Shown here: one piece after another, positions 55,179-64,000 of the stretch
Layout: each line of letters starts with the position of its first letter
Position numbering within the stretch: the stretch's first letter is position 1
Origin: an uncultured Pelagibacteraceae bacterium
GTDB lineage: Bacteria > Pseudomonadota > Alphaproteobacteria > Pelagibacterales > Pelagibacteraceae
NCBI GenBank assembly: GCA_902615445.1
Contig: CACMOQ010000001.1
Span: forward strand, 86,025-150,024
Direction: 5' to 3'
Length of the DNA stretch: 64,000 nt
Notes under the pieces: generated by a model
Told to the model about the DNA's origin: nothing
Seen by the model: only the letters and a program-made list of their open reading frames with translations
Databases searched by the model: none
Position numbers and translations under genes: made by a program

Positions 55179-57299
55179 ATGATACAAAGTGGTAAATTTG
55201 ATTCACCAAATATGAATATAAAAAAAATAGCTAATTCATTATTAATTTTTATTGCCAATAAAATAATTGAAATTATGGGTATTTTAGTCTCTATATTTGG
55301 AATTTTACTATTAATTGCTTTACTTTCATATTCTCCATCAGATCCAAATTTTATATTTAGTGATAACACAGAAATTAAAAACCTTTTAGGATTTCAAGGG
55401 AGTTATATATCAGATTTTTTTTTTCAAGCTTTTGGTATTATCTCTTTTCTAATTCCTATAACTTATTTTTTATCTGGGATAAAAGTTGTAAAAGAAAAGA
55501 AAATTTTTTTCTTAATTGAAAATACCTTTTATACAATTATTTACTCAATTTTAGGTGCTTTATTCTTCACCTATTTTTATAAAGATGCTTTTTACCTATA
55601 CATAAATGGAAATGGAGGTTTTGTAGGTTCTTATTTAGGACAAATATTTATTAAGTCGGACATAATTCCTTATGAAAATATTTTTTATTATATCTTTTGT
55701 TTATTTATAGTTATGTTTTTTCTTTTAAGTTTCAACTTTAATCCAAAAAAATTTTTTCTATCTATTAGAAATATTTCTATATTAATTTTTAAGAGAAACA
55801 AAAAAAATTACACTAATAAAAATGAAATTATAAATGAGTATATTCCACAGGATGAAATTAAAAATTTAATACAAGAAGATTTGCCTTTTATCAAAGCTGA
55901 TGCAAATCAACCAGTGAAATCAAAATTTAAAATCCCATCAATTGATTTATTGAATATCCCAACAAAAAATGAGATGAAAAAAACAAATAACAATGAAAAT
56001 AATGATCCAAACTTTCTTGAAAAAATTCTTTTGGATTTTGGAGTGAGTGGAAGTATCAAAAAAGTTAGCCATGGACCTGTTGTAACTTTAAATGAATTTG
56101 AACCTGCAGCTGGTGTTAAAGTCTCAAAAATTATAAATCTCTCAGATGATATAGCAAGAAATACTAGTTCAGAGTCTGCGCGTATTTCTACTATACCCGG
56201 AAGTAATACTGTTGGTATTGAATTACCCAAAGCCTCAAGAGAGAATGTATATTTAAGTGAAATACTGAATAACTCTGATTTTAAAAAGAAAGACATCAAT
56301 CTTCCAATAGCACTAGGTAAAAATATATCAGGAGTGCCAATAATAGGTGATTTGAGTTCGATGCCACATTTATTAATAGCTGGCACAACTGGCTCAGGTA
56401 AATCAGTCTGTATAAATACAATTATACTTTCCCTCCTATTTAAACATACTCCTGATAAATGTAAATTTATTTTGATTGATCCTAAAATGTTAGAACTTTC
56501 AACATATGAAGGTGTTCCACATTTATTATGTCCGGTCATTACAGAAGCAAAAAAAGCTGCTTCAGTTTTAGGTTGGGTCGTTAAAGAAATGGAAAGTAGA
56601 TATCGATTAATGACCAAAGAAGGAGTAAGAAATATAGATGGCTACAATGCAAAACATCAACTTCCTATGCCTTATATAGTTGTGGTTGTTGATGAAATGT
56701 CTGATCTAATGTTGGTGGCAGGTAAAGAAATTGAAAATTATATTCAAAAATTATCTCAAATGGCTAGGGCTGCTGGTATTCATATAATCATGGCTACTCA
56801 AAGACCAAGTGTAGATGTTATTACTGGAACTATAAAAGCCAATTTTCCAACTCGAATATCATTTCAAGTTTCATCAAAAATTGATAGTAGAACAATTTTG
56901 GGTGAGCAAGGGGCTGAACAATTATTAGGCAGAGGAGATATGCTTTACATGTCTTCAGCAAATAGAATTATGAGGATTCACGCACCATTTGTGTCAGATA
57001 TTGAGATAGAAAAAATTAACAATTTTTTAAGATCTCAAGCAGAGCCAGATTATGTTGATGAAATTCTTAATTTTGCAGATGAGAAAGAAATTGGGGATAA
57101 TTCTAAAAATCAGGGAGATAAAGACGATCTTTATCAAACTGCCGTTGAAATTATTAAATCAGAAGGGAAAGCTTCAACTTCCTTTCTACAAAGAAAGCTG
57201 CAAATTGGTTATAATCGTGCCGCAAGAATAATAGATATGATGGAAGCAGAAGGAATCGTTAGTAAAGCTAATCATGTTGGCAAACGTGATGTCCTTTAA
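55179..57299 (+). CDS. ftsK: DNA translocase FtsK
   Basis: 706 aa with N-terminal TM segments, Walker A GTTGSGKS, VVVDEMSDLM, ATQRPSVDVITG and a C-terminal gamma winged-helix (FLQRKLQIGYNRAARIID). Confidence 0.92.
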   Translation: MIQSGKFDSPNMNIKKIANSLLIFIANKIIEIMGILVSIFGILLLIALLSYSPSDPNFIFSDNTEIKNLLGFQGSYISDFFFQAFGIISFLIPITYFLSGIKVVKEKKIFFLIENTFYTIIYSILGALFFTYFYKDAFYLYINGNGGFVGSYLGQIFIKSDIIPYENIFYYIFCLFIVMFFLLSFNFNPKKFFLSIRNISILIFKRNKKNYTNKNEIINEYIPQDEIKNLIQEDLPFIKADANQPVKSKFKIPSIDLLNIPTKNEMKKTNNNENNDPNFLEKILLDFGVSGSIKKVSHGPVVTLNEFEPAAGVKVSKIINLSDDIARNTSSESARISTIPGSNTVGIELPKASRENVYLSEILNNSDFKKKDINLPIALGKNISGVPIIGDLSSMPHLLIAGTTGSGKSVCINTIILSLLFKHTPDKCKFILIDPKMLELSTYEGVPHLLCPVITEAKKAASVLGWVVKEMESRYRLMTKEGVRNIDGYNAKHQLPMPYIVVVVDEMSDLMLVAGKEIENYIQKLSQMARAAGIHIIMATQRPSVDVITGTIKANFPTRISFQVSSKIDSRTILGEQGAEQLLGRGDMLYMSSANRIMRIHAPFVSDIEIEKINNFLRSQAEPDYVDEILNFADEKEIGDNSKNQGDKDDLYQTAVEIIKSEGKASTSFLQRKLQIGYNRAARIIDMMEAEGIVSKANHVGKRDVL

Positions 57300-57847
57300 T
57301 GAAAAAATATCTGTATATATTATTTATTATCTTTTTAACCTCTAAAACTTCAGCAAATATCAAAGAAAATATAATTTTAAACCTAAAAAATATTGAAAAT
57401 ATCAATTTTGATTTTGAGCAAAATATTAATGGAAAAATTGAAAAAGGAAATTGTACAATTGAATACCCTAAAAAGATATATTGTAAGTATAATTTAGGAA
57501 ATCAGAAAATTTTAGTTTCTGATGGTAAATCATTAATAGTGAAAACAACTGCTAGTTACTATAAATACTCTTTAAATAAAACACCTTTAAACTATCTTTT
57601 GGATAAAGATTTTATGATAAAAAGAATAAATGAGTTAGATGCTAGAATTGTTCAAGAAAAATTTATTAATTTTAGATTTACTGAAAATGAAAATGAAATA
57701 AATGTTTTTTTTGATATAAATAATTTTAATTTAATTGGTTGGCAAACCCTAGATATATACCAGAACCTGAGTATGACTTACCTAAGCTCAACTTCCATTA
57801 ATAAGAATTTGAAAAGGAACTTATTTAATCTACCTGATCGAAACTAA
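57299..57847 (+). CDS. lolA: LolA-like outer-membrane lipoprotein carrier protein
   Basis: 182 aa with a signal peptide. FDFEQ...G.....P.K pattern. It lies directly after ftsK (1-nt overlap), as in many proteobacteria. Confidence 0.6.
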   Translation: MKKYLYILFIIFLTSKTSANIKENIILNLKNIENINFDFEQNINGKIEKGNCTIEYPKKIYCKYNLGNQKILVSDGKSLIVKTTASYYKYSLNKTPLNYLLDKDFMIKRINELDARIVQEKFINFRFTENENEINVFFDINNFNLIGWQTLDIYQNLSMTYLSSTSINKNLKRNLFNLPDRN

Positions 57848-58347
57848 ATTGATATTGTTTCTTTTTTGAAAATTTTCATTCCTCTAGATAAATAGTTTTT
57901 AAGAGCGTTTTTATGATCTAAAGAACAAGTATGGACCCAAACTCTATTTGTTTTTTCCTTAAATGAATTTCTAATTGCTGAAGACAAAAGAAATGAGCCT
58001 AATTTTTGATTGTGATATTCCTCGAGTAATCCAAGATAAGCTATTTCAACTTCTTTTTTATCTTTATGCATAATAAGCTCAAAATATCCTGCTAAATCAT
58101 CCTTTTTCTTTAAAACAAAAGTTTTAACACTTCTATCAGATGTATAATTCATCCATTGTTTATCAGTCCAAACTAAACGATCTACCCAATGATGACTTTT
58201 GCCAATATTTTTATAAAAGAATTTATTAAGCTTAAAATCATCTGGTTCAACGAGTTCAATAATAAAGTCATTTGATGAATTGTTAGGCTCATTTAATTCT
58301 TCAATCGAATTAATTTCTAGATAATTTCTTTCAACTTTTTTACTCAC
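57844..58347 (-). CDS. GNAT-family N-acetyltransferase
   Basis: 167 aa with an acetyl-CoA motif region (YLGLLEEYHNQKLGSFLLSSAI). Confidence 0.7.
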   Translation of the reverse strand: MSKKVERNYLEINSIEELNEPNNSSNDFIIELVEPDDFKLNKFFYKNIGKSHHWVDRLVWTDKQWMNYTSDRSVKTFVLKKKDDLAGYFELIMHKDKKEVEIAYLGLLEEYHNQKLGSFLLSSAIRNSFKEKTNRVWVHTCSLDHKNALKNYLSRGMKIFKKETISI

Positions 58348-58709
58348 TCAACCATCTTCCCGACTCTTTCCCCACCAAACAAATGAAAATGTAAATGGGG
58401 TACTTCTTGACCTCCATGTTCACTTATATTTGATAGAGTTCTATATCCTTTACCTGTATCTACGGAAATCCCAAGCTTTTTAGCCACGATGTTTATACCT
58501 TTTAATAAACCAACCATTTCCTCTGGAGAGGCGTTTTGACTAAAATCATCAAGGTCAGTATATTTTCCTTTAGGTATTACCAATGCATGAATTTTTTTTT
58601 GCGGGTTAATGTCATGAAATGACAAAATATGATCATCCTCATAAATTTTTTTACAAGGAATTTCTCCTCTTAAAATTTTAGCAAAAATATTATTATCATC
58701 ATAAATCAT
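58344..58709 (-). CDS. HIT-family (histidine triad) nucleotide hydrolase
   Basis: 121 aa, with FAKILRGEIPCKKIYEDD and the triad HLHFHLFGG. Confidence 0.88.
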   Translation of the reverse strand: MIYDDNNIFAKILRGEIPCKKIYEDDHILSFHDINPQKKIHALVIPKGKYTDLDDFSQNASPEEMVGLLKGINIVAKKLGISVDTGKGYRTLSNISEHGGQEVPHLHFHLFGGERVGKMVE

Positions 58710-58978
58710 TTTTTTCTTTTATTAAGTTCTTCCATTACATCCTCAATTTTTACATCATTTGCCTCTAAATACATTATCAAATGATAAAAAACATCAGCTG
58801 CTTCATGAATTTTGTTTGAATTTTTTTCTACTGCCTCAATAAGTTCATTAATTTCCTCTAGAATCTTTTCTTTGCTCAACGATTTATCACTGAGTAATTT
58901 ATTTGTGTAAGAACCCTTTACTGGAGATTTTTTTCGTTCTCTTGCAAGATTAAATAGCCTTTCTAAAGTATTAAGCAT
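58706..58978 (-). CDS. hisE: phosphoribosyl-ATP pyrophosphatase
   Basis: 90 aa, with GSYTNKLL...EEINELIEA...EAADVFYHLIMYL. It lies downstream of hisF. Confidence 0.85.
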   Translation of the reverse strand: MLNTLERLFNLARERKKSPVKGSYTNKLLSDKSLSKEKILEEINELIEAVEKNSNKIHEAADVFYHLIMYLEANDVKIEDVMEELNKRKK

Positions 58979-58979
58979 T

Positions 58980-59735
58980 TTAAATTCTAACAGGTATTCC
59001 TTTTGAGTCCAAATAATCCTTAGCTTCTTTTACAGAGTGCTTCCCATAGTGGAATATAGAGGCTGCTAAAACCGCACTAGCTTTTCCTAATTTAATTCCA
59101 TCAACTAAGTGGTCTAAATTCCCCACCCCACCAGATGCAATTACAGGAATATTTACTTTTGATGAAATTTTTGACATCAATTCAATGTCATAACCAACTT
59201 GAGTCCCATCTCTGTCCATTGAAGTTACTAATAACTCACCAGCACCATTTTCTTCCATTTTTTTTGCGTAAGTTAACGCATTAATTCCACTATTGTTTCT
59301 TCCTCCATGAGTGAACACTTCCCACTTATCTCCATTTTTTTTGGCATCAATCGCTACTACAATGCATTGAGATCCAAATTTTTTTGAACTATCTATAACT
59401 ACTTTTGAATTTTCAACTGCTGCAGTGTTTATGGATACCTTGTCAGCCCCACAATTTAGTAATTTGTTGATATCATCAACACTTCTAACTCCACCTCCAA
59501 CAGTTAATGGCACAAAACATTTTTTTGAAGTTTTCTTTACAACATCATAAATAGTATCTCTATTTTCATTTGAAGCAGTAATATCCAAAAAGCAAATTTC
59601 ATCTGCCCCGCCATCGCTATAGATTTTAGCTTGCTCAACTGGATCCCCAGCATCTTTGAGATCAACAAAGTTAATGCCCTTTACTACTCGACCATTCTTA
59701 ACATCTAAACAAGGAATGATTCTATTTTTAAGCAT
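58980..59735 (-). CDS. hisF: imidazole glycerol phosphate synthase, cyclase subunit
   Basis: 251 aa, with [18 protein letters not shown] and ASGGVG. Confidence 0.95.
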   Translation of the reverse strand: MLKNRIIPCLDVKNGRVVKGINFVDLKDAGDPVEQAKIYSDGGADEICFLDITASNENRDTIYDVVKKTSKKCFVPLTVGGGVRSVDDINKLLNCGADKVSINTAAVENSKVVIDSSKKFGSQCIVVAIDAKKNGDKWEVFTHGGRNNSGINALTYAKKMEENGAGELLVTSMDRDGTQVGYDIELMSKISSKVNIPVIASGGVGNLDHLVDGIKLGKASAVLAASIFHYGKHSVKEAKDYLDSKGIPVRI

Positions 59736-60444
59736 CCTCTTTCACCAGCTCATCTAATTTAATATCACCATCAAAAATAGCTTTTCCAACTATTATACCT
59801 TCAATATTTTTTAAATTCTTTGCTTTTTTAATATCACCTATTGATGAAACACCGCCTGATATAATTACGGGGCACTTAGACATCTCAGCAATTTTCATTG
59901 TTTCACTAAAATTTGGACTTTGTTTCATACCATCTTTATTAATATCAGTATAAATTAATCTACTAACACCAAAGTCGTTAATTTCTTTTAAGTAATCTAA
60001 AGTTAGTTGATTAGAACTTTCTTTCCATCCTGATACTGACAAATACCCGTCTTTAGCATCTAAACCTAGAGCAATATAATTTTGAAATTTTTCACATGAT
60101 ACTTTTAAAAAATTTTTATCTTTAATAGCAGCACTGCCCAGAATTACTTTCTCTACACCAGCATCAATGTATTTTTGAATACTATCAGAATTTCTGATAC
60201 CACCACCTACCTCAACCTTTAAATTAAATTTACTAACTATATCTCGAATGATATCTAAATTTACTGTTTCACCAGTTAAAGCACCATCTAAATCAACTAT
60301 GTGTAAATTTTTAAATCCATGATGTTTATATTTTTTTGCTTGTTCAACTGGAGACAACTCATATTCAGTTTTATTATCAAAATCTCCCTTAACTAATCTT
60401 ACACACTTTTTATCTTTAATATCTATTGCAGGAAATATTTTCAT
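59728..60444 (-). CDS. hisA: ProFAR isomerase
   Basis: 238 aa, with [30 protein letters not shown] and ISGGVSS. Confidence 0.92.
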   Translation of the reverse strand: MKIFPAIDIKDKKCVRLVKGDFDNKTEYELSPVEQAKKYKHHGFKNLHIVDLDGALTGETVNLDIIRDIVSKFNLKVEVGGGIRNSDSIQKYIDAGVEKVILGSAAIKDKNFLKVSCEKFQNYIALGLDAKDGYLSVSGWKESSNQLTLDYLKEINDFGVSRLIYTDINKDGMKQSPNFSETMKIAEMSKCPVIISGGVSSIGDIKKAKNLKNIEGIIVGKAIFDGDIKLDELVKEDA

Positions 60445-60445
60445 T

Positions 60446-61072
60446 TTACAAATTTATAAAGTTATTAATTATTTTGAGCCCAAACTTGTCGCTCTTTTCT
60501 GGATGAAATTGTGTGCCAAATATATTTTCTTTCTCTACTGAGCAAACTACTTTTGTTGAATAATCAGTTGTTGCTGATATCACATTTTTATCTTCTGGAA
60601 TAAATTCATAACTATGAACAAAATACATATGAGAATTATTTTCTATGTCCTTAAAAATTTTACTATCTTTGACTATATTGATTTCGTTCCAGCCAATGTG
60701 AGGAAGTTTAAATTTTCCATTTTGATTATCTATTTTTGAAACTTTACCCGATATCCATCCTAACCCCTTAGTCTCAGTTTCTTCATAGCCAATATCGCCA
60801 AACATTTGTAAACCAACACAAATTCCAAGAAGAGGTTTTTTATTAATTATTGTAAATTCATTAAGTGTATCTGAAAGACCATCAATATTGTTCAGTGCTT
60901 CAACACAGCTTTTAAATGAGCCCTGCCCTGGTAAAACTACTTTATCACTTGATTTTATCTTATTGGGATTTGAGGTTACTTCAATATTTACTTTTTCTTT
61001 GGCAACTTCTTTAAAAGAGTTTATTACCGAGCTTATATTGCCCGATTTATAATCAACAATTGTAACGTTCAT
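60446..61072 (-). CDS. hisH: imidazole glycerol phosphate synthase, glutaminase subunit
   Basis: 208 aa, with VVLPGQGSF, LGICVGLQM and the catalytic end QFHPEKS. Confidence 0.92.
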   Translation of the reverse strand: MNVTIVDYKSGNISSVINSFKEVAKEKVNIEVTSNPNKIKSSDKVVLPGQGSFKSCVEALNNIDGLSDTLNEFTIINKKPLLGICVGLQMFGDIGYEETETKGLGWISGKVSKIDNQNGKFKLPHIGWNEINIVKDSKIFKDIENNSHMYFVHSYEFIPEDKNVISATTDYSTKVVCSVEKENIFGTQFHPEKSDKFGLKIINNFINL

Positions 61073-61077
61073 TAATT

Positions 61078-61668
61078 TTATAATGAGCCTTTAGTAGAAG
61101 GAATTGATTTACTATTCCTTGAGTCTATTTCCAATGCAGCTCTTAATGATCTTGCAAGTCCCTTAAAGCAAGATTCAATAATGTGGTGACTATTGTCCCC
61201 ATAAATATTTTCAACGTGTAGAGTAATTCCAGCTGATTGAGAAAACGCTTGAAACCATTCTTTAAAAAGTTCAGTGTCCATCTCACCAAGCTTTTCTACT
61301 TTTAAATTTACTTTCCAAATTAAATAAGGTCTATTTGAAATATCAATTGCTACACGTGATAAAGTTTCGTCCATTGGTATCATTGCATGAGCATACCTTT
61401 TAATTCCAACAGATTTTTTTAAAGCTTTTTTTAACGCTTCGCCAATAGCAATTCCTGTATCTTCAGTTGTGTGGTGTAAATCAATATGAGTATCGCCTTT
61501 AGCTTTTATATTCATATCTATTGAAGAATGTTTTGATAGTTGTTCAAGCATATGGTTTAAAAAACCTATTCCTGTGTCAATTTTGTATTTACCCTTGCCG
61601 TCAATATTTAAATCAACACTAATACTTGTTTCTTTTGTTTTCCTGCTTATTTTACCTTTACGCTTCAT
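61078..61668 (-). CDS. hisB: imidazoleglycerol-phosphate dehydratase (monofunctional)
   Basis: 196 aa, with [20 protein letters not shown] and [10 protein letters not shown]. Confidence 0.93.
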   Translation of the reverse strand: MKRKGKISRKTKETSISVDLNIDGKGKYKIDTGIGFLNHMLEQLSKHSSIDMNIKAKGDTHIDLHHTTEDTGIAIGEALKKALKKSVGIKRYAHAMIPMDETLSRVAIDISNRPYLIWKVNLKVEKLGEMDTELFKEWFQAFSQSAGITLHVENIYGDNSHHIIESCFKGLARSLRAALEIDSRNSKSIPSTKGSL

Positions 61669-61759
61669 AATTAAAAACAGGTATACATATATTATTCAAT
61701 TATGGCAATAATACTAAACCTGGGCTTGAACTATCAAATTTAATATCCATTTATAAGCT

Positions 61760-62275
61760 ATGACAACGATTGTGTTAGTTAGAAAAAACAATGAAGTAGT
61801 AGTAGCTGGCGACGGACAAGTAAGTATGGGAAATACTGTCGTAAAAAGCACTGCCTCAAAAGTCAGAAAGATTGAAAAGAGAGATGTCGTAGCTGGTTTT
61901 GCTGGATCAACAGCAGATGCCTTAACATTATTTGAGAGATTGGAAGGAAAATTAGAGAAACATGCTGGCAACTTGTCTAGGGCCGCTGTTGAATTAGCTA
62001 AAGACTGGAGAACAGATAAATATTTAAGAAGATTAGAAGCACTAATGGCAGTTGGTGATAAAAAAAATAGTTATATAATTTCGGGAACCGGTGACGTTCT
62101 TGAGCCTGAGGGAGATGTAATTGGAATTGGCTCTGGCGGAAATTATGCTTTAGCTGCAGGGAAAGTTTTAATGGAAAGCAATATATCAGCAGAAGATGTT
62201 GCAAAAAAAGCTATCAAAGTTGCTTCTGATATCTGTGTCTTTACAAACGAAAATGTCAAAGTTGAAAAAATATAA
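61760..62275 (+). CDS. hslV: ATP-dependent protease subunit HslV
   Basis: 171 aa, with MTTIVLVRK (N-terminal catalytic Thr) and GFAGSTADA. Confidence 0.95.
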   Translation: MTTIVLVRKNNEVVVAGDGQVSMGNTVVKSTASKVRKIEKRDVVAGFAGSTADALTLFERLEGKLEKHAGNLSRAAVELAKDWRTDKYLRRLEALMAVGDKKNSYIISGTGDVLEPEGDVIGIGSGGNYALAAGKVLMESNISAEDVAKKAIKVASDICVFTNENVKVEKI

Positions 62276-63645
62276 TGGATAAATCGAACGTAACTCAATT
62301 ACATCCCAAGGATAAAAATCAAAAAGATGAAGCTTCATTAGTAAGCTCATTATCACCAAGAGAAATAGTTTCTGAATTAGATAGATTTGTAGTGGGTCAA
62401 AATAAAGCTAAGAGAGCTGTTGCTGTCGCTCTAAGAAATAGATGGAGAAGACAGGCTTTAAAAGGTGAAATGAAAAATGAAGTGTTACCTAAAAATATTT
62501 TAATGATTGGTCCAACAGGTGTTGGAAAAACCGAAATTTCAAGGAGACTGTCTAAACTTGCGGAGGCACCATTCGTAAAGGTTGAAGCAACAAGATTTAC
62601 AGAAGTTGGATATGTAGGTAGAGACGTGGAACAAATAGTTCGAGATTTGATCGAAATTGCAATTTCAATGGAAAAAGTAAAAAAAAGAAAAGAAGTTTAT
62701 GCGCAAGCACAAAAATTAGCAGAAGAAAAAGTTTTAGATGCTTTAGTAGGAAAAAAAGCAAGCTTAGCAACCCGAGAAAGTTTTAGAAAAAGATTGCGAA
62801 ATGGTGATCTAGATGACAACGAAATTGAAATAGCTGTGAGCGATACAGGGAGCAGTACTTCATTTGAAATTCCGGGAATGCCTGGGGCAAATGTTGGAAT
62901 GATTAACATTGGTGAGATGCTTGGGAAATCTATGGGAACAAAAGAAAAAAAGAAGAAAATGTCAGTAAAAGAATCTCACGATATATTAATAAACGATGAG
63001 TCAGATAAGTTAATTGAGCAGGATAAGATAATAAAAGCAGCAAAAATTTCGACAGAAAACAACGGAATAGTTTTTTTAGATGAAATTGATAAAATCTCTG
63101 GAAGAACAGACCGAGTGGGAGGTGATGTATCGAGAGAAGGAGTCCAAAGAGATTTATTACCTTTAATTGAGGGCACTACAGTTAATACAAAATATGGGCC
63201 AATCAAAACCGATCATATTTTGTTTATAGCATCTGGGGCTTTCCAACTAGCTAAACCCTCAGATTTACTTCCAGAATTACAAGGTAGACTTCCAATTAGA
63301 GTAGAGCTTGAGGCTTTAACTAGCGATGATTTTAAAAGAATTTTAAAAGAGCCTGACTTTAGTTTAATTAAACAATACATCGCTTTATTAAAAACTGAAA
63401 ATGTGGATCTTGAGTTTTCTGAAGATGGAATAGAAACAATCGCAAATATCGCATCTGAAGTTAATGCATCAGTGGAAAATATTGGTGCAAGAAGATTGCA
63501 TACCATTATAGAAAAAATTCTTGATGATATTAGCTTTACAGCAACAGATAAATCTGGCGAAAAAATAGTTATCAATAAAGATTACATAAATAAAAATCTA
63601 GATAATTTAGTAAAAGATACGGACCTATCAAAATTTATTTTATAG
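62275..63645 (+). CDS. hslU: ATP-dependent protease ATPase subunit HslU
   Basis: 456 aa, with [15 protein letters not shown], Walker [19 protein letters not shown] and GARRLHT. Confidence 0.95.
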   Translation: MDKSNVTQLHPKDKNQKDEASLVSSLSPREIVSELDRFVVGQNKAKRAVAVALRNRWRRQALKGEMKNEVLPKNILMIGPTGVGKTEISRRLSKLAEAPFVKVEATRFTEVGYVGRDVEQIVRDLIEIAISMEKVKKRKEVYAQAQKLAEEKVLDALVGKKASLATRESFRKRLRNGDLDDNEIEIAVSDTGSSTSFEIPGMPGANVGMINIGEMLGKSMGTKEKKKKMSVKESHDILINDESDKLIEQDKIIKAAKISTENNGIVFLDEIDKISGRTDRVGGDVSREGVQRDLLPLIEGTTVNTKYGPIKTDHILFIASGAFQLAKPSDLLPELQGRLPIRVELEALTSDDFKRILKEPDFSLIKQYIALLKTENVDLEFSEDGIETIANIASEVNASVENIGARRLHTIIEKILDDISFTATDKSGEKIVINKDYINKNLDNLVKDTDLSKFIL

Positions 63646-64000
63646 TTTTTTTTTTAGATATACGTAAAAAGCCCCGCTTCCTCCATCCTCATTATCCGCT
63701 TCTTTTATTTGAGAAATTAGACTCATTAATTCATCGCTATTTTTTATATATTCTGGAACAGAGTATTTAAGAATGCCTAGGTTCTTTGAGATATATGGGT
63801 CTTCTTCATTCTGCGAATGTAATCCCTTTCCAGTAACAATTAATAATTTTTTAATACCTTTCTTATAAGAGTCTTTTATTAAATCATTTATTTTGTTATT
63901 TGCCTCATCTAATGAGTAGCCGTGTAAATCAAAAGATTTTATTGAAAATTTTTTTTTTTCAGAGAATTTTTCATCTTTATTAGGTAATTTTTCTTTGCTA
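63640..64000 (-). CDS. Smr-domain protein (N-terminus beyond window edge)
   Basis: Absent from the ORF track. My translation reads ...[66 protein letters not shown]...[14 protein letters not shown]. It has the DLHG and TGKG Smr motifs. It converges on hslU with a 6-nt overlap. Confidence 0.7.
   Translation of the reverse strand, partial: SKEKLPNKDEKFSEKKKFSIKSFDLHGYSLDEANNKINDLIKDSYKKGIKKLLIVTGKGLHSQNEEDPYISKNLGILKYSVPEYIKNSDELMSLISQIKEADNEDGGSGAFYVYLKKKL

Noticed and set aside
55907-56617. 236-aa antisense ORF inside ftsK
   Set aside because: It is long, but it lies exactly opposite the most conserved FtsK motor region (Walker A/B). It has no start context and no recognisable domain. Stop-poor antisense frames are common opposite strongly codon-biased genes.
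62697-63575. Three antisense ORFs inside hslU, plus 61714-61971 and 61998-62204 opposite hslV
   Set aside because: They lie opposite highly conserved protease and ATPase genes and have no motifs. They are artefacts.
1-64000. Search for CRISPR arrays, IS elements/transposases, prophage or defence-system genes, rRNA, and long direct repeats
   Set aside because: None were seen. All ORFs of 60 aa or more are accounted for by housekeeping or metabolic families or by antisense artefacts. The only paralog pairs are the tandem FMN oxidases and the two YggT-like genes.

Overview
The window is an AT-rich (roughly 30% G+C by eye, not computed), very gene-dense alphaproteobacterial chromosome segment. 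Gene content and synteny look like a streamlined SAR11/Pelagibacterales-type genome: hslVU divergent from hisBHAFE, System I ccmCDEFGH, hemCD divergent from tsaD, rpe / heparinase-like / purH, and about 29 overlapping gene junctions. I can support about 75 CDS. Four of them are not usable as given in the ORF track: two partial genes at the window edges and two small genes I translated myself. I also support one tRNA-Gly(GCC) and two intrinsic-terminator-like hairpins. I saw no rRNA, CRISPR, transposase, integrase, phage or recognisable defence genes. Most of the window is housekeeping: histidine, heme, purine, folate and arginine genes, cytochrome c maturation, FtsK and HslUV. Three places deserve a second look. 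(i) 0.7-12.3 kb holds a co-directional TRAP transporter / amidase operon next to a five-enzyme D/L-2-hydroxyacid oxidation plus aminotransferase module. (ii) 22.9-30.9 kb holds two non-canonical photolyase-superfamily genes: an inverted-topology one, and a CryPro/FeS-BCP-like one that seems to lack three of the four Fe-S cysteines. With them are an unlisted DUF2256-like zinc-ribbon gene, a Tyr-less SDR, secreted FG-GAP/ASPIC, fasciclin and Cys-rich proteins, and a 73-aa protein that looks like a single PnuC repeat. (iii) 43.8 kb holds an acetyl-CoA synthetase with a 47-residue poly-lysine N-terminal tail. All calls come from reading the supplied translations, my own translations and remembered motifs. 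No searches were run, so family names are hypotheses to confirm with HMM or BLAST searches.
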